Part shown: positions 42,001 through 50,514 of the stretch, in pieces
Layout: each line of letters begins with the position of its first letter
How positions within the stretch are numbered: position 1 is the first letter of the stretch
Assembly (NCBI GenBank): GCA_021513715.1
Contig: CP084167.1
Coordinates: 2,304,001-2,368,000 of the forward strand
Direction of reading: 5' to 3'
Length of the DNA stretch: 64,000 nucleotides
Source of the DNA: Candidatus Heimdallarchaeum endolithica
Lineage (GTDB): Archaea > Asgardarchaeota > Heimdallarchaeia > Heimdallarchaeales > Heimdallarchaeaceae
Notes under the pieces: generated by a model
Told to the model about the DNA's origin: nothing
The model's input: the letters and a program-made list of their open reading frames with translations, nothing else
Database searches by the model: none
Made by a program: the position numbers and the translations under genes

Positions 42001-43193
42001 ATGCTTTAAGCAAAATCTTCAATCTTCTTGGTTATAACACTGGTGATGTTACAGACATTAAATTAGATTATCCAGTGACTGGCTTACAGTACAGTTCTGG
42101 AAAAGAATGTATTCCACTTGCAGTTGTTTTAGGACATATCTTGCATTTAGTTAAACAACGAAAACCAGGAGAAGTAATAGGTTATTATATGATAAGAGGT
42201 GGGTCTCCTTGTGCTGTTTTCAGTTATTTTCATTATATTGAACGCTTTCTGAAAGAAAATAAGATAGAAGATGTTTTTGTTTTTAGATTTGACTACCTTA
42301 CAAACTTTATGGGTACTAGTTTGATGGATGTTATGCGTTATTTTCCACAAACGCTGATAATTGCTGACTTGATGAGTGAAATAGAGAGCGCTTTACATGT
42401 AGTAGGAAATGAGAATGGTTTAGAGCAGTTGCGTAATTACTGGAAAGAATACTTAAAAGAGGCTACTACGTTAAAGCAATACAAACGACTGATTCCTAAG
42501 TTGATAGAAAAAATAATGACTATTGAACGCAATGGGGATCCTAAGACTTATTCAAAAGTGTTAATAAGTGGAGATTTTTATGTACGATTTAGTCCATTTT
42601 TCATTGGAGAATTAAGAGATATGTATAAATTACATGATATTATTGTGAAATCACATGATCTGTGGGAACTTGTTCTTTATAGTGTTTACAGCACAAAAAT
42701 AGCAATCGCCCAAAGATGGAAAAAAGATTCAAATAAATTTTCAACTCTCATGTATGCATTTTCACGAATATTTGATAAAAGAGCGCAAACTTATATTCTC
42801 TGTATTTTCTCCATTCCTTTACTTGAATGGATTGAAAAGAGACAAAGAAAGGCATTTAGGAAAACAGGTTTACTATATTCTGGTGTTAATAAATTAAAAC
42901 CAATTTTTCGTTTCTCCAAACCATATATTAGTCCATTAATTATAGGAGAAGCTATACCAACAGTAGGGAAAGGTGTTGAAACTTTGATACATAATGGATA
43001 TGATTCGTTAATTCTTACAGGCCCAATGAATTGTTTACCCTATAAAGTTTCTCAAGCAATTTTAAAACCAATATTCTTCGAAAATAGAGTACCTTTCTTA
43101 GTCTTTGATGTAGATATTTCTTCCATGTCAACAAACATGAAACGTTTAGTACATGCGAACATAGAACAAATAAAGAAAAGAAATCTAAATTAA
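39006..43193 (+). CDS. 2-hydroxyacyl-CoA dehydratase activase fusion (two BadF/BcrA ASKHA ATPase domains, DUF2229 and a dehydratase-like region)
   Basis: CAAGSGEF, RCSVHCKSD, DVGSTTTK, EIGGQDSK, CSAGTGSF, CxxCxNxC, GIPRAL, ELDAH...TRLEAF, NCLP. Confidence 0.88.
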   Translation: MLSNVGINIGSVSVNFVFIDTDGSIHKCKKAHMGKPQEVLNEIIKENIPKKKNCAFATSGSFGDISEIAAIERGLKSYPNEKFDIVLSLGGESFVLYVIDEENNIVNILSHDKCAAGSGEFFLQQIGRLGLSLDEAIERAKKGKKIQLASRCSVHCKSDITHKLNKGEASIDDILTSVLLSMVNKVLHLIMQSRVRVERILVIGGVTLNDTFIKLLKKELPDVDVVIKDVSSVFEAYGAALMVSDNPLSFPNKPLLKTEKSFATLPPLKKFSDQVTIIKAKPPKTDFNDTTMFVLGVDVGSTTTKAVLMDYSDNEIVASYYGRTQGNPVNAAKKCITEIIKQVGDKKVQLIGVTGSGRQIVGAYFGTPAIYNEISAHSTGAVHFDDEVDTIFEIGGQDSKYMLIKNGVPIDYAMNASCSAGTGSFLEECSKGDLGISVYDIASVAMQAENPVRFKADCAAFINSDIRTALQEGYNRTDIVGGLVYSIVNNYVEKVKGSREVGKKVFFQGGVAKNTSVGYAFAQATGKHIIIPPNPELVGAFGVALIAKEKYELNEIGLMPENTSLEQLIKEEMKHLGHFICKACNNYCQIERYEVGGRRFPFGGRCSRYEHQWRRTEKIKEKEDLVQKRNDLIFENVIKETKTSSNTEKIGIPRALLTHSLFPLYSTFFREIGYEVVLSSIDEEKELLTNASFCYPVQILHGAVNDLIKKGIKLIFLPHIRSLPKNKSWFDSTFCPITQGSSYYIPTTFSQAEILNPVLDFEEGYEYDNSLVDFVVKKFGISKSKAKRAYMYAVKKQKQVEQQFIEWGEEALKRLEETNETAIVLVGRSYNAFPPETSQLIPKKLASMGVPVIPFDFLKKVESPEDIPWYFINYINIASDLVQKKKNLFLLYITNFSCTIDGFNQQLVRIKMKSKPYLILELDAHTADAGTQTRLEAFLEIIKNYRAVKKQDEEKEFKLCQVKRRNGKTVVFTSNGEKLNIRDPRVKLYFPSFSEYHTDALSKIFNLLGYNTGDVTDIKLDYPVTGLQYSSGKECIPLAVVLGHILHLVKQRKPGEVIGYYMIRGGSPCAVFSYFHYIERFLKENKIEDVFVFRFDYLTNFMGTSLMDVMRYFPQTLIIADLMSEIESALHVVGNENGLEQLRNYWKEYLKEATTLKQYKRLIPKLIEKIMTIERNGDPKTYSKVLISGDFYVRFSPFFIGELRDMYKLHDIIVKSHDLWELVLYSVYSTKIAIAQRWKKDSNKFSTLMYAFSRIFDKRAQTYILCIFSIPLLEWIEKRQRKAFRKTGLLYSGVNKLKPIFRFSKPYISPLIIGEAIPTVGKGVETLIHNGYDSLILTGPMNCLPYKVSQAILKPIFFENRVPFLVFDVDISSMSTNMKRLVHANIEQIKKRNLN

Positions 43194-43374
43194 CTTATGT
43201 CTTTTTAAAGAAGAAACCTTTTTTCTCATTTTTTAATAACTAACACAGATATTTGTTAGTCTCTCTATAGATTAATATGCTATTTTATCCTAGTTTTTTC
43301 TTTATTTCTCACTTTTTTATGCATTCAACTTAAACAAAAAGCGTAATGTAAAGAAAGAAAAAAGGAATAACAGA

Positions 43375-45180
43375 TTACAGAAGATAAAATTCAGTTGCCC
43401 ATAGTATTCCATTGTCATCTTCAATAAATGTATATTTTATATTGTCTCCCACATCTGTTAAAACAACATCATTCCAGTGAGTGTCATTTAAATAATCTCT
43501 AGAACAGCGAATAGTTCTGCTATCGTTGAGAGAGAAAACAAAGATGCTATTACCGTCTTTGACGTAGGTTCCCACTTTTTCAACTTGGGCATAGCTATAA
43601 ATTTTCTCTGGCTTGCTTCCTGAAAAGAAAGATTTGTAGGACAATCTAGCTTCTTTTACTGCCTCTGAACCAGTTAATCCTTCAGCATTGGTTATGGCAA
43701 TATAACTAGTTTCTTTTGCATCTAAAATACATATATGTGATAGCCTTTGAACAGTCCCACTTTCCCAATAAATGGGGATGATCCAAACTAATCTGTTGCC
43801 AAGGGAAGTATTTAATGTGAATGGTACTGGCATTTGAACAATATAGCTCCCCTCATTAGGAACAGTTAACTGACCTTTTGCAATTTGAGCTGCGGTACTA
43901 GCTGAAATAAATCCTTCACTACGTAAATCATAAAAAGTAACATCCGTTTTTGTAACCACTCCGATTCCTGCAAGTGTTTCTGGCGCATTTAAGGGATGAG
44001 TAGCAAAAAAAGCAAAACTTGAATTTTTTCGAAAAACATAACGTATATCTTCTACTCCTTCACCATAGAACCCAATTCTATCAGGGCTGTAGTTGGGAAA
44101 GCCACTAAATAATCTAATGTTACCAGAAGCACTGAGGTCTCTTTTAATACCCCACTTTTTGATCCAATAATCTTCTAGAAGGATTTCAGAGTAAACTTGT
44201 AAAACATAATCTGGCGTTTGTCTAAGCTCTTCTGGTCCATAGTGATTAATTAACTCTCCAGTTTTGACATCAACTATGTCGACACCATCAGAATGCCAAG
44301 CTCCATAAACGTTGCGTGTTGTGCGGGTGACAACATAAACCCATTTTTCTCCAGTCCAAGCAGGATAAGAACGATAATATTTGGCTGTTTGACTTCTTCG
44401 ATAAGATTTAAGGTTGACGTTATGATTACGCCAAAGATCTTCTGCATAATTGAAAGTCCCATCCGGAAATTCAATAATAATTGGTTCTGCATTGGGGTTA
44501 TTCACATCAATAAGAATCAAGCCTGAAACTTTGTTGAATAGACCCGGCTGCCAAAACTGTGCGCTAAAACGAGGGGCATAAACAATACACCAATAAAGTG
44601 TGTTGTTAACTAGAATTACATTAGCTTGAATATACATAACATTTGAGCCAAAAATAGCTTTATTCTGTTCAGCTCGACTAATGGCAAATTCTTTTGTAAC
44701 TAACCTTATTGAATTATCTATCTCTGTAACTTCATCTGAAACAACAAATGGTAGAGTAGAATAGTCAATGGTTACCATTTCTTCAAAAGTGCGAGCACTT
44801 TGAAGTGTCTTATTAATATTTAATAGAGAATTTATCAAAATTACAGTAACAATAATAAATACAAGGGCCGATGTAATCTTTCTTCTGAATCTTCTACGTG
44901 TAGTTAGTTCTCTTATTATTCTCCCTGTAAAGAGTTCAAAAATAATTACAAGTAAAATGTTCAATATTCCAACTAAAAGTAAATGCTCGATGGCTCCTGC
45001 ATATATGGTTCTAGCGACAAAGCCAAAAACCCAAACAAAAAATAATAAAAGACAATAAAAACCTATAGCCATCCCGCCAAATGTACTGCTTTTCCTGTAA
45101 AGGTGGATAACAATCCAAAGTAATGGGAGATAGGCTAAAAAAAGTAAAAGCGTTATACCAATATAGGACATGACAAACAA
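43375..45180 (-). CDS. membrane protein, 4 N-terminal TMs plus a large extracytoplasmic domain
   Basis: 601-aa ORF with hydrophobic N-terminus; function not recognised. Confidence 0.7.
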   Translation of the reverse strand: MFVMSYIGITLLLFLAYLPLLWIVIHLYRKSSTFGGMAIGFYCLLLFFVWVFGFVARTIYAGAIEHLLLVGILNILLVIIFELFTGRIIRELTTRRRFRRKITSALVFIIVTVILINSLLNINKTLQSARTFEEMVTIDYSTLPFVVSDEVTEIDNSIRLVTKEFAISRAEQNKAIFGSNVMYIQANVILVNNTLYWCIVYAPRFSAQFWQPGLFNKVSGLILIDVNNPNAEPIIIEFPDGTFNYAEDLWRNHNVNLKSYRRSQTAKYYRSYPAWTGEKWVYVVTRTTRNVYGAWHSDGVDIVDVKTGELINHYGPEELRQTPDYVLQVYSEILLEDYWIKKWGIKRDLSASGNIRLFSGFPNYSPDRIGFYGEGVEDIRYVFRKNSSFAFFATHPLNAPETLAGIGVVTKTDVTFYDLRSEGFISASTAAQIAKGQLTVPNEGSYIVQMPVPFTLNTSLGNRLVWIIPIYWESGTVQRLSHICILDAKETSYIAITNAEGLTGSEAVKEARLSYKSFFSGSKPEKIYSYAQVEKVGTYVKDGNSIFVFSLNDSRTIRCSRDYLNDTHWNDVVLTDVGDNIKYTFIEDDNGILWATEFYLL

Positions 45181-45285
45181 TATGTGTATGTATATAAAAA
45201 ACTATTTTGGAATTTAAAGCATTTAACAATAAAAAACTTACTAAGGAAAAAAATAATTTATAAGTAGAAGAAAAAGTGTTTACGA

Positions 45286-45618
45286 ATGGAAGAAAAAGAT
45301 CTACAGTCGGAAATTGAAGAAAAAAGAAGAAAATATGATAAAGTGTTGTCAAAGAAATTTATCCAACTAAGTTTTACAATTCCTGTAATATTGTCTTTAG
45401 CTGGTATGGGAATAGGCTATTTGGCGACAATGAATAAACCTACGAATATTCAAAAAATAGCACTAATTATTGGCACTTTAATAGGCTTATTTCTTTCAAT
45501 AGGTTATGGTTTTGTTGTTGAATACATTGTTAAGAGAAGAATTGCAAATTCTAATAAAGAAAAAGAAGAAAATGAAACAAAAGAAAATAATAAAAACGTG
45601 GAATTAGAGCACGATTAA
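45286..45618 (+). CDS. small 2-TM membrane protein
   Basis: Two hydrophobic segments; stop overlaps the next start (TAATG). Confidence 0.7.
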   Translation: MEEKDLQSEIEEKRRKYDKVLSKKFIQLSFTIPVILSLAGMGIGYLATMNKPTNIQKIALIIGTLIGLFLSIGYGFVVEYIVKRRIANSNKEKEENETKENNKNVELEHD

Positions 45619-46370
45619 TGATATTTTTATTTCCTTCAAATAGAAATGATGTAAAAAAGTTGTTGAAAGAAACAAAATTGCTGATGCTTGATTTTGATGG
45701 AACATTAGTGGAGTTTGAAAAAGCAGAGAAAAAAGCGCTAAATGCGTTTCTCAAAAAAAACAATGTTAGGGCTAATAAAAGAAAAAAAGCAATAAAATTC
45801 TATGACCAAATTAACAAACAATTATGGCGAAAATTCGAGAAAAAAGAACTAACTCTGGAAGAAGTGAGAAAATCTAGGTTTTTAGCATTAAAAGAAAAAT
45901 ATGCTTTGAGGGGTGATCCTGAAAAGCTAGATAAAGAATATCTGCAATACTTAATTGAATGCACGAAAACAACCAAACAAACTTTGAAACTTTTAGGAAA
46001 ATTAAAGGAAAAATACAAAGTGTATGTAATTACAAATGGAATACATTATGTACAGGTTGCTAGGTTAGAAAAAACAAGGATAATGAATCTGACAGATGGT
46101 TTTGTAACAAGTGAAAAAATAGGTGCTCCAAAACCAGAAAGTGATATGTTTAACTATATTTTGGAAAAAGAGAACATGAAACCAAAACAAGCATTTGTAG
46201 TAGGTGATTCCTATAAAGCAGATATAGTGGGCGCAAATAAACTAGGAATAAAGTCATGTTTAATAGTTAAAAGTAAAAGAAAAAGAAAAAAATTTGATGA
46301 AAAAGAAAAACCGAATATGATAGCTAAAAGTTTTGTAGAGTGGGCAAAATTTATTATTTCGATTAATTAA
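45618..46370 (+). CDS. HAD-superfamily hydrolase (YjjG-like nucleotidase)
   Basis: DFDGTL, ITNG, KP, VGDSYKADIVGA. Confidence 0.9.
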   Translation: MIFLFPSNRNDVKKLLKETKLLMLDFDGTLVEFEKAEKKALNAFLKKNNVRANKRKKAIKFYDQINKQLWRKFEKKELTLEEVRKSRFLALKEKYALRGDPEKLDKEYLQYLIECTKTTKQTLKLLGKLKEKYKVYVITNGIHYVQVARLEKTRIMNLTDGFVTSEKIGAPKPESDMFNYILEKENMKPKQAFVVGDSYKADIVGANKLGIKSCLIVKSKRKRKKFDEKEKPNMIAKSFVEWAKFIISIN

Positions 46371-46463
46371 AAAAACAAGTACAACATGAGCTATGATTTC
46401 GCGTGTGAAGTCTGTATCAACCCCCTCCATTCTCTTATTGTATGTTGAGGTTGAGTTATCAAG

Positions 46464-46502
46464 TAATTAAACACCTGTTTTCTAATTAAACACCTGTTTT
46501 CT
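46464..46502. repeat. tandem duplication of the 19-mer TAATTAAACACCTGTTTTC
   Basis: Two exact adjacent copies at 46464-46482 and 46483-46501. Confidence 0.9.
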
Positions 46503-46663
46503 CACTTGAAAGACTGAGTGCGAAAAACTTACGTAAAAAATAAATCATTAAAACTCAAAGAAAAAATAAGAATTTCTTGAAGAAATCAGAAATTTTAAAA
46601 GAGAACGAGAGTAGGTCGACCAGAAACTGTTAAGTAACAGTAAAGTTGAAGTGAGGGTACAAA

Positions 46664-47992
46664 ATGACTTCAAAAACAAGAATTTTAATAATGGGCGCAG
46701 CAGGAAGAGATTTTCACAACTTTAACACCGCCTTTAGAGATAATGAACAGTATGAAGTAGTAGCTTTTACAGCTACACAAATACCAGATATAGTTGATAG
46801 AAAATATCCCGCTGAATTAGCAGGAAAATTATATCCTGAAGGAATACCAATTTATGACGAAAAAGATTTACCACGTCTAATAAAAGAATTAAACGTGGAT
46901 GAAGTAGTATTCTCTTACAGCGATGTCCCACACACATACGTTATGCATAAGGCAGCACTAGTAAATGCTTGTGGAGCAAAATTCTCAATGATGGGAACAA
47001 AATATACACAAGTAAAAACAGACAAACCACTAATTAGCGTATGTGCAGTTAGAACAGGCTGTGGGAAATCACAAACAAGCAGAAAAATAGTTGACACTTT
47101 GCACAAAGCAGGAAAGAAAATAGTTGCAATAAGACATCCAATGCCATATGGCGATCTAGTAAAACAAAAAGTTCAAAGATTCGCAACATATGAAGACCTA
47201 GATAAACATGAATGTACAATCGAAGAAAGAGAAGAATATGAACCATACATTGATAGAGGACTAGTAATTTACGCAGGAGTAGACTATGAAGCAATATTAA
47301 GAGAAGCAGAAAAAGAAGCAGACGTAATATTATGGGATGGTGGAAATAATGACTTTCCATTCTATACATCAGACCAACACTTGAACATTGTAGTAGCTGA
47401 TCCACACAGAGTAGGGCACGAAAAATCTTACTACCCTGGAGAAACAAACGTAAATCTAGCAGATGTAATAGTAGTAAATAAAGTAGTAACAGCAAAATAC
47501 GAAGATATACTAAAATTAGAGGAAAATCTAAGAGAGATAAATCCCAATGCAACAATTATAGAAGCAGCATCACCAATATTCGTAGAAAAACCCGAACTAG
47601 TAAAAGGAAAAAGAGTACTAGTAATAGAAGATGGACCAACACTAACCCATGGAGAAATGAAATACGGAGCAGGAATAGTAGCTGCAAAAAGATTCGGAGC
47701 AAAAGAAATTATAGATCCAAGACCTTGGCTAGTAGGTTCACTAAAAGAAACATTCGAAAAATACCCAGAAATAGGAACACTATTACCAGCAATGGGATAC
47801 TTTGAACAACAACTAAAAGACCTAGAAGAAACAATAAATGCAGTAGATTGTGACGTAGTAGTATCAGCAACACCAATAGACCTAACAAGATTAATAAAAA
47901 TAAACAAACCAGTAGTACGTGTAAGATACGAACTAGAAGAAATAGGCTATCCAAAGTTAGAGGATATACTGAAAGAAAAAGGATATCTCTAA
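46664..47992 (+). CDS. COG2403 P-loop protein (cyclic 2,3-diphosphoglycerate synthetase-like; probable ArcE-type arginine synthetase)
   Basis: IMGAAGRDFHNFN, AVRTGCGKSQTS, RHPMPYG, WDGGNND, EDGPTLTHG, PAMGY. Confidence 0.8.
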   Translation: MTSKTRILIMGAAGRDFHNFNTAFRDNEQYEVVAFTATQIPDIVDRKYPAELAGKLYPEGIPIYDEKDLPRLIKELNVDEVVFSYSDVPHTYVMHKAALVNACGAKFSMMGTKYTQVKTDKPLISVCAVRTGCGKSQTSRKIVDTLHKAGKKIVAIRHPMPYGDLVKQKVQRFATYEDLDKHECTIEEREEYEPYIDRGLVIYAGVDYEAILREAEKEADVILWDGGNNDFPFYTSDQHLNIVVADPHRVGHEKSYYPGETNVNLADVIVVNKVVTAKYEDILKLEENLREINPNATIIEAASPIFVEKPELVKGKRVLVIEDGPTLTHGEMKYGAGIVAAKRFGAKEIIDPRPWLVGSLKETFEKYPEIGTLLPAMGYFEQQLKDLEETINAVDCDVVVSATPIDLTRLIKINKPVVRVRYELEEIGYPKLEDILKEKGYL

Positions 47993-48156
47993 ATTTTATC
48001 CTATTTTTTTTCAAAATATATTTTTAATAAATGCTATTATGCCATAATAAGACAAAATAAATTGAAACGACAAAATAAGAAAGAAAAAAATAAAAGAAAA
48101 AAAACTTTAAAAACAAAGGAAAAATAGAAGAAACGTAAAAGGAAAACAAAAACATA

Positions 48157-48249
48157 GCCGCGATAGCTTAGTCGGTAGAGCATTCGGCTGTTAATCTTAA
48201 GATTTGAATGCACTACGGGTGTAAAAAGAGCAGCAACCGAAAGGCCGAA
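48157..48249 (+). tRNA. tRNA-Asn(GTT) with a 42-nt intron at 37/38, 3'-truncated in the T-stem
   Basis: GCCGCGA acceptor 5' strand; D-arm GCTT/GAGC; anticodon stem TTCGG/CCGAA; anticodon GTT at 48190-48192; intron 48194-48235 with BHB (CTGT/GCAG helix, TAA and CAA bulges, TCTT/AAGA). No TTCG loop or TCGCGGC follows. Confidence 0.88.
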
Positions 48250-48657
48250 TTTCCTATTTTGTGTTTTAAAAATATTTAACACATAAACCAATTTTTAGGT
48301 CGGGAAATGCATAAGCAAATCTGTAAATTTTTTTATAAAAAATAAAAAATCACGACCAATATTAAGGGTGGAGTTGTTAGGAATGGTTTGCTAAAAATCT
48401 AGTATATTGCAAATTCAATTAAAATGGTTTAATAACTGTCAAAAGATCTATTTTTTTTTGAGATAATGAATGTAATTTAACTTACTGTTCTTGTTTATTT
48501 AACCCTTATTTTTTTCCAAACAATTTCTTCATTTTTAGGTATTGTTTTATTTTGTAAAAAGAATTCATCTATGTATTCACACATTCTACACTTTTTGTTA
48601 CAATATTTCTTGTCTTTAATTCTTGGATATAATTGTTTTTCATATTTTAGTCTTTCA

Positions 48658-48674
48658 ACAAAGGATATAGTCTT
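48658..48674. repeat. left target-site duplication ACAAAGGATATAGTCTT (17 bp)
   Basis: Identical to 49685-49701. Confidence 0.9.
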
Positions 48675-49684
48675 TGTTTACTCAATAGACTTGGGTTACA
48701 CTTTTGGGTACTAGAGAAACATAGGGGTGATTCATAAATCTTTCTCCTGGGGTGAGGAAGTTAAGAGATTGGTGAGGACGACTAAAATTGTAGTAAGAGC
48801 GATAGTAGGAGAGGTCGGGGTTGCAGTATTTTAGACCTAATCTTTCCATCTCACGGATGATTGTCCCATGTAGTCTTTCTACTTTTCCACATGTTTCAGG
48901 GTGAAAAACTCTAGCTCTGATGTGCTTTATTCCTTCTGTTTGACACCAACGGGAGAAGGTACTTGTTCCTCCTCTAACGGAAGAGAAGAGTGCTCCATTG
49001 TCAGTAAGTATAGACTCGGGGTAACCGTACTCTTTTATTGCTTCCTCTAGCAAACTTATTATCTGCTCTTTTTTTGGTGCAAAAGGGTGGAATTCAGCTC
49101 CCAGACAGAATCGTGAGTGGTCGTCTATCAAGGTTATGAGGTGGAGATGTTGTCCCTGTTCTTCTACCCAGAATGGTCCTTTCACATCTATTTGCCAGAG
49201 TTCGTTAGGTTTTTGACGTTCAAAACTCTTGTATCGAGGTCTTTTCCTCTTTTTTCTATTAACCCATAAAGGAAGACCTAACTCTTTTATTACTTTCGTC
49301 ACTGTCGTCTGAGAGAGTGCTTTTCCTTCTCTCTTCAACAAATAAGCTATCTTCTCCACATTCATTCCTTGTTTTATTCTTAACTCCCTTATCCTCTCTT
49401 TTAACTCCTCATCTACTTTCCTGTGTATAGTTTTTGGTCTGGAAGATCTATCTTTCCACCATACTCCTTCAGGGTTCTCTCTGAACCTCTTCAACCACTT
49501 ATACACAAACTTCCTACTCACCATATACTTGTGAGCTACCTCTTTTATCTTCTCTCCTTCCAAAGCTTTTTTAACCACAATCTTTCTTAGTTTCTCCAGG
49601 TTACGTTCGTTTTTGTTCATAATATATCACTTACCCACGTAACCCACTTCTATTTATTTGTTACCAATGTGAGTTGAGTATACA
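48675..49684 (-). mobile_element. IS481-family insertion sequence, 1,010 bp
   Basis: TGT...ACA ends; imperfect IRs (TGTTTACTCAA versus reverse complement TGTATACTCAA); single transposase; 17-bp TSD. Confidence 0.92.
48682..49620 (-). CDS. IS481-family DDE transposase
   Basis: N-terminal HTH (VSRKFVYKWLKRF), PNELWQIDVK, IDDHSR, TDNG, GKVERLHGT, YNFSRPHQSL. Confidence 0.95.
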   Translation of the reverse strand: MNKNERNLEKLRKIVVKKALEGEKIKEVAHKYMVSRKFVYKWLKRFRENPEGVWWKDRSSRPKTIHRKVDEELKERIRELRIKQGMNVEKIAYLLKREGKALSQTTVTKVIKELGLPLWVNRKKRKRPRYKSFERQKPNELWQIDVKGPFWVEEQGQHLHLITLIDDHSRFCLGAEFHPFAPKKEQIISLLEEAIKEYGYPESILTDNGALFSSVRGGTSTFSRWCQTEGIKHIRARVFHPETCGKVERLHGTIIREMERLGLKYCNPDLSYYRSYYNFSRPHQSLNFLTPGERFMNHPYVSLVPKSVTQVY

Positions 49685-49701
49685 ACAAAGGATATAGTCT
49701 T
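49685..49701. repeat. right target-site duplication ACAAAGGATATAGTCTT (17 bp)
   Basis: Identical to 48658-48674. Confidence 0.9.
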
Positions 49702-50514
49702 AGTAATCCTTTTTAGTTCTATATCCTCCTCAGTAAGATCTAATGTTCTTCTTTTCTGTTTATCATTGTTGTTTAGGTACCACAGTTCAGGAATAATTTC
49801 GATATTAGGTTTCTTTATTCTAATGATTTCAGAGTAGATTAGCACTTGTCTTTTGTCTCTAGGCGATTCTTTTCCTGTTTTTAGTTCTATCACTCTTATT
49901 GCTGTTCGATCTACTGTCCAAGCTAAAATGTCTATTCGACCTGTTAAAAGAAATTTTTCTGATAATTCATACTCAATTTTGTATTCGGTTCCTATAACAA
50001 GAGAAATTAGTTTTCCTCTATTATTCTCTTCAACTAAAGTAGAACAAAACATAGCCAAAGTGCGTAAATTAAAATAAAGCTTATCGTCAAACTTTACTTC
50101 TTTTTCTCTTTCAATTATACAATCAAAGTCCTTCTCTCCATCAGGAAAGAAAAATCTTTCTGTCAACTCATATAAAGCGGTAAAAAAAGATTCTTTGACG
50201 GATAGTTTTTCGTGTATGTAAAAATGTTGTACTAAGTCGAAATTGCTTGATAAAACAGATTGTAGAAGTAGATGGTAAAAAGTTCATAGCTCCATAGATC
50301 TTGAAGAAGAAGCATACTCTCTCAATTTATTCATTTTAAGTAGAACTGCAAAATATGGTCTTATTGTACAAAAATCATCTTCAAGAACATCAGTAACGCT
50401 AATACTAACATGTTTTTGGAACATGATATTCACGCTAATCTTTAATCTTTTAATTAATTTATAAAAAAGAAAAAAACATAGTCAAAAGTAACACATCTTA
50501 TTTTTTTTATTATT

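Larger units (their letters stand above)
48495..50424 (-). pseudogene. Cas4-like/PD-(D/E)XK nuclease of about 300 aa, disrupted by an in-frame TGA and an IS481 insertion
   Basis: ATG 50424: MFQKHVSISVTDVLEDDFC...SMEL*TFYH (TGA at 50284-50286)...GRIDIL...IELKTG...QVLIY. After removing the IS and one TSD the frame continues ERLKYEKQLYPRIKDKKYCNKKCRMCEY...VK* to 48495. Confidence 0.85.

Noticed and set aside
46915-48014. Several overlapping antisense ORFs within the COG2403 gene
   Set aside because: Shadow ORFs of a well-conserved gene with biased codon usage; no protein-like motifs.
48037-48291. 84-aa minus-strand ORF
   Set aside because: It is antisense to the tRNA and an A-rich tract; its Phe/Leu-rich composition is an artefact.
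49654-50166. Stand-alone 170-aa gene as given in the ORF track
   Set aside because: It is the middle fragment of the disrupted nuclease; its last residues are read from the IS end.
50284-50286. TGA recoding (selenocysteine or alternative genetic code) in the Cas4-like gene
   Set aside because: TGA ends ordinary genes in this window (e.g. at 4862, 16547, 26458, 32013). The position corresponds to Gly rather than Cys, and the gene is also IS-disrupted.
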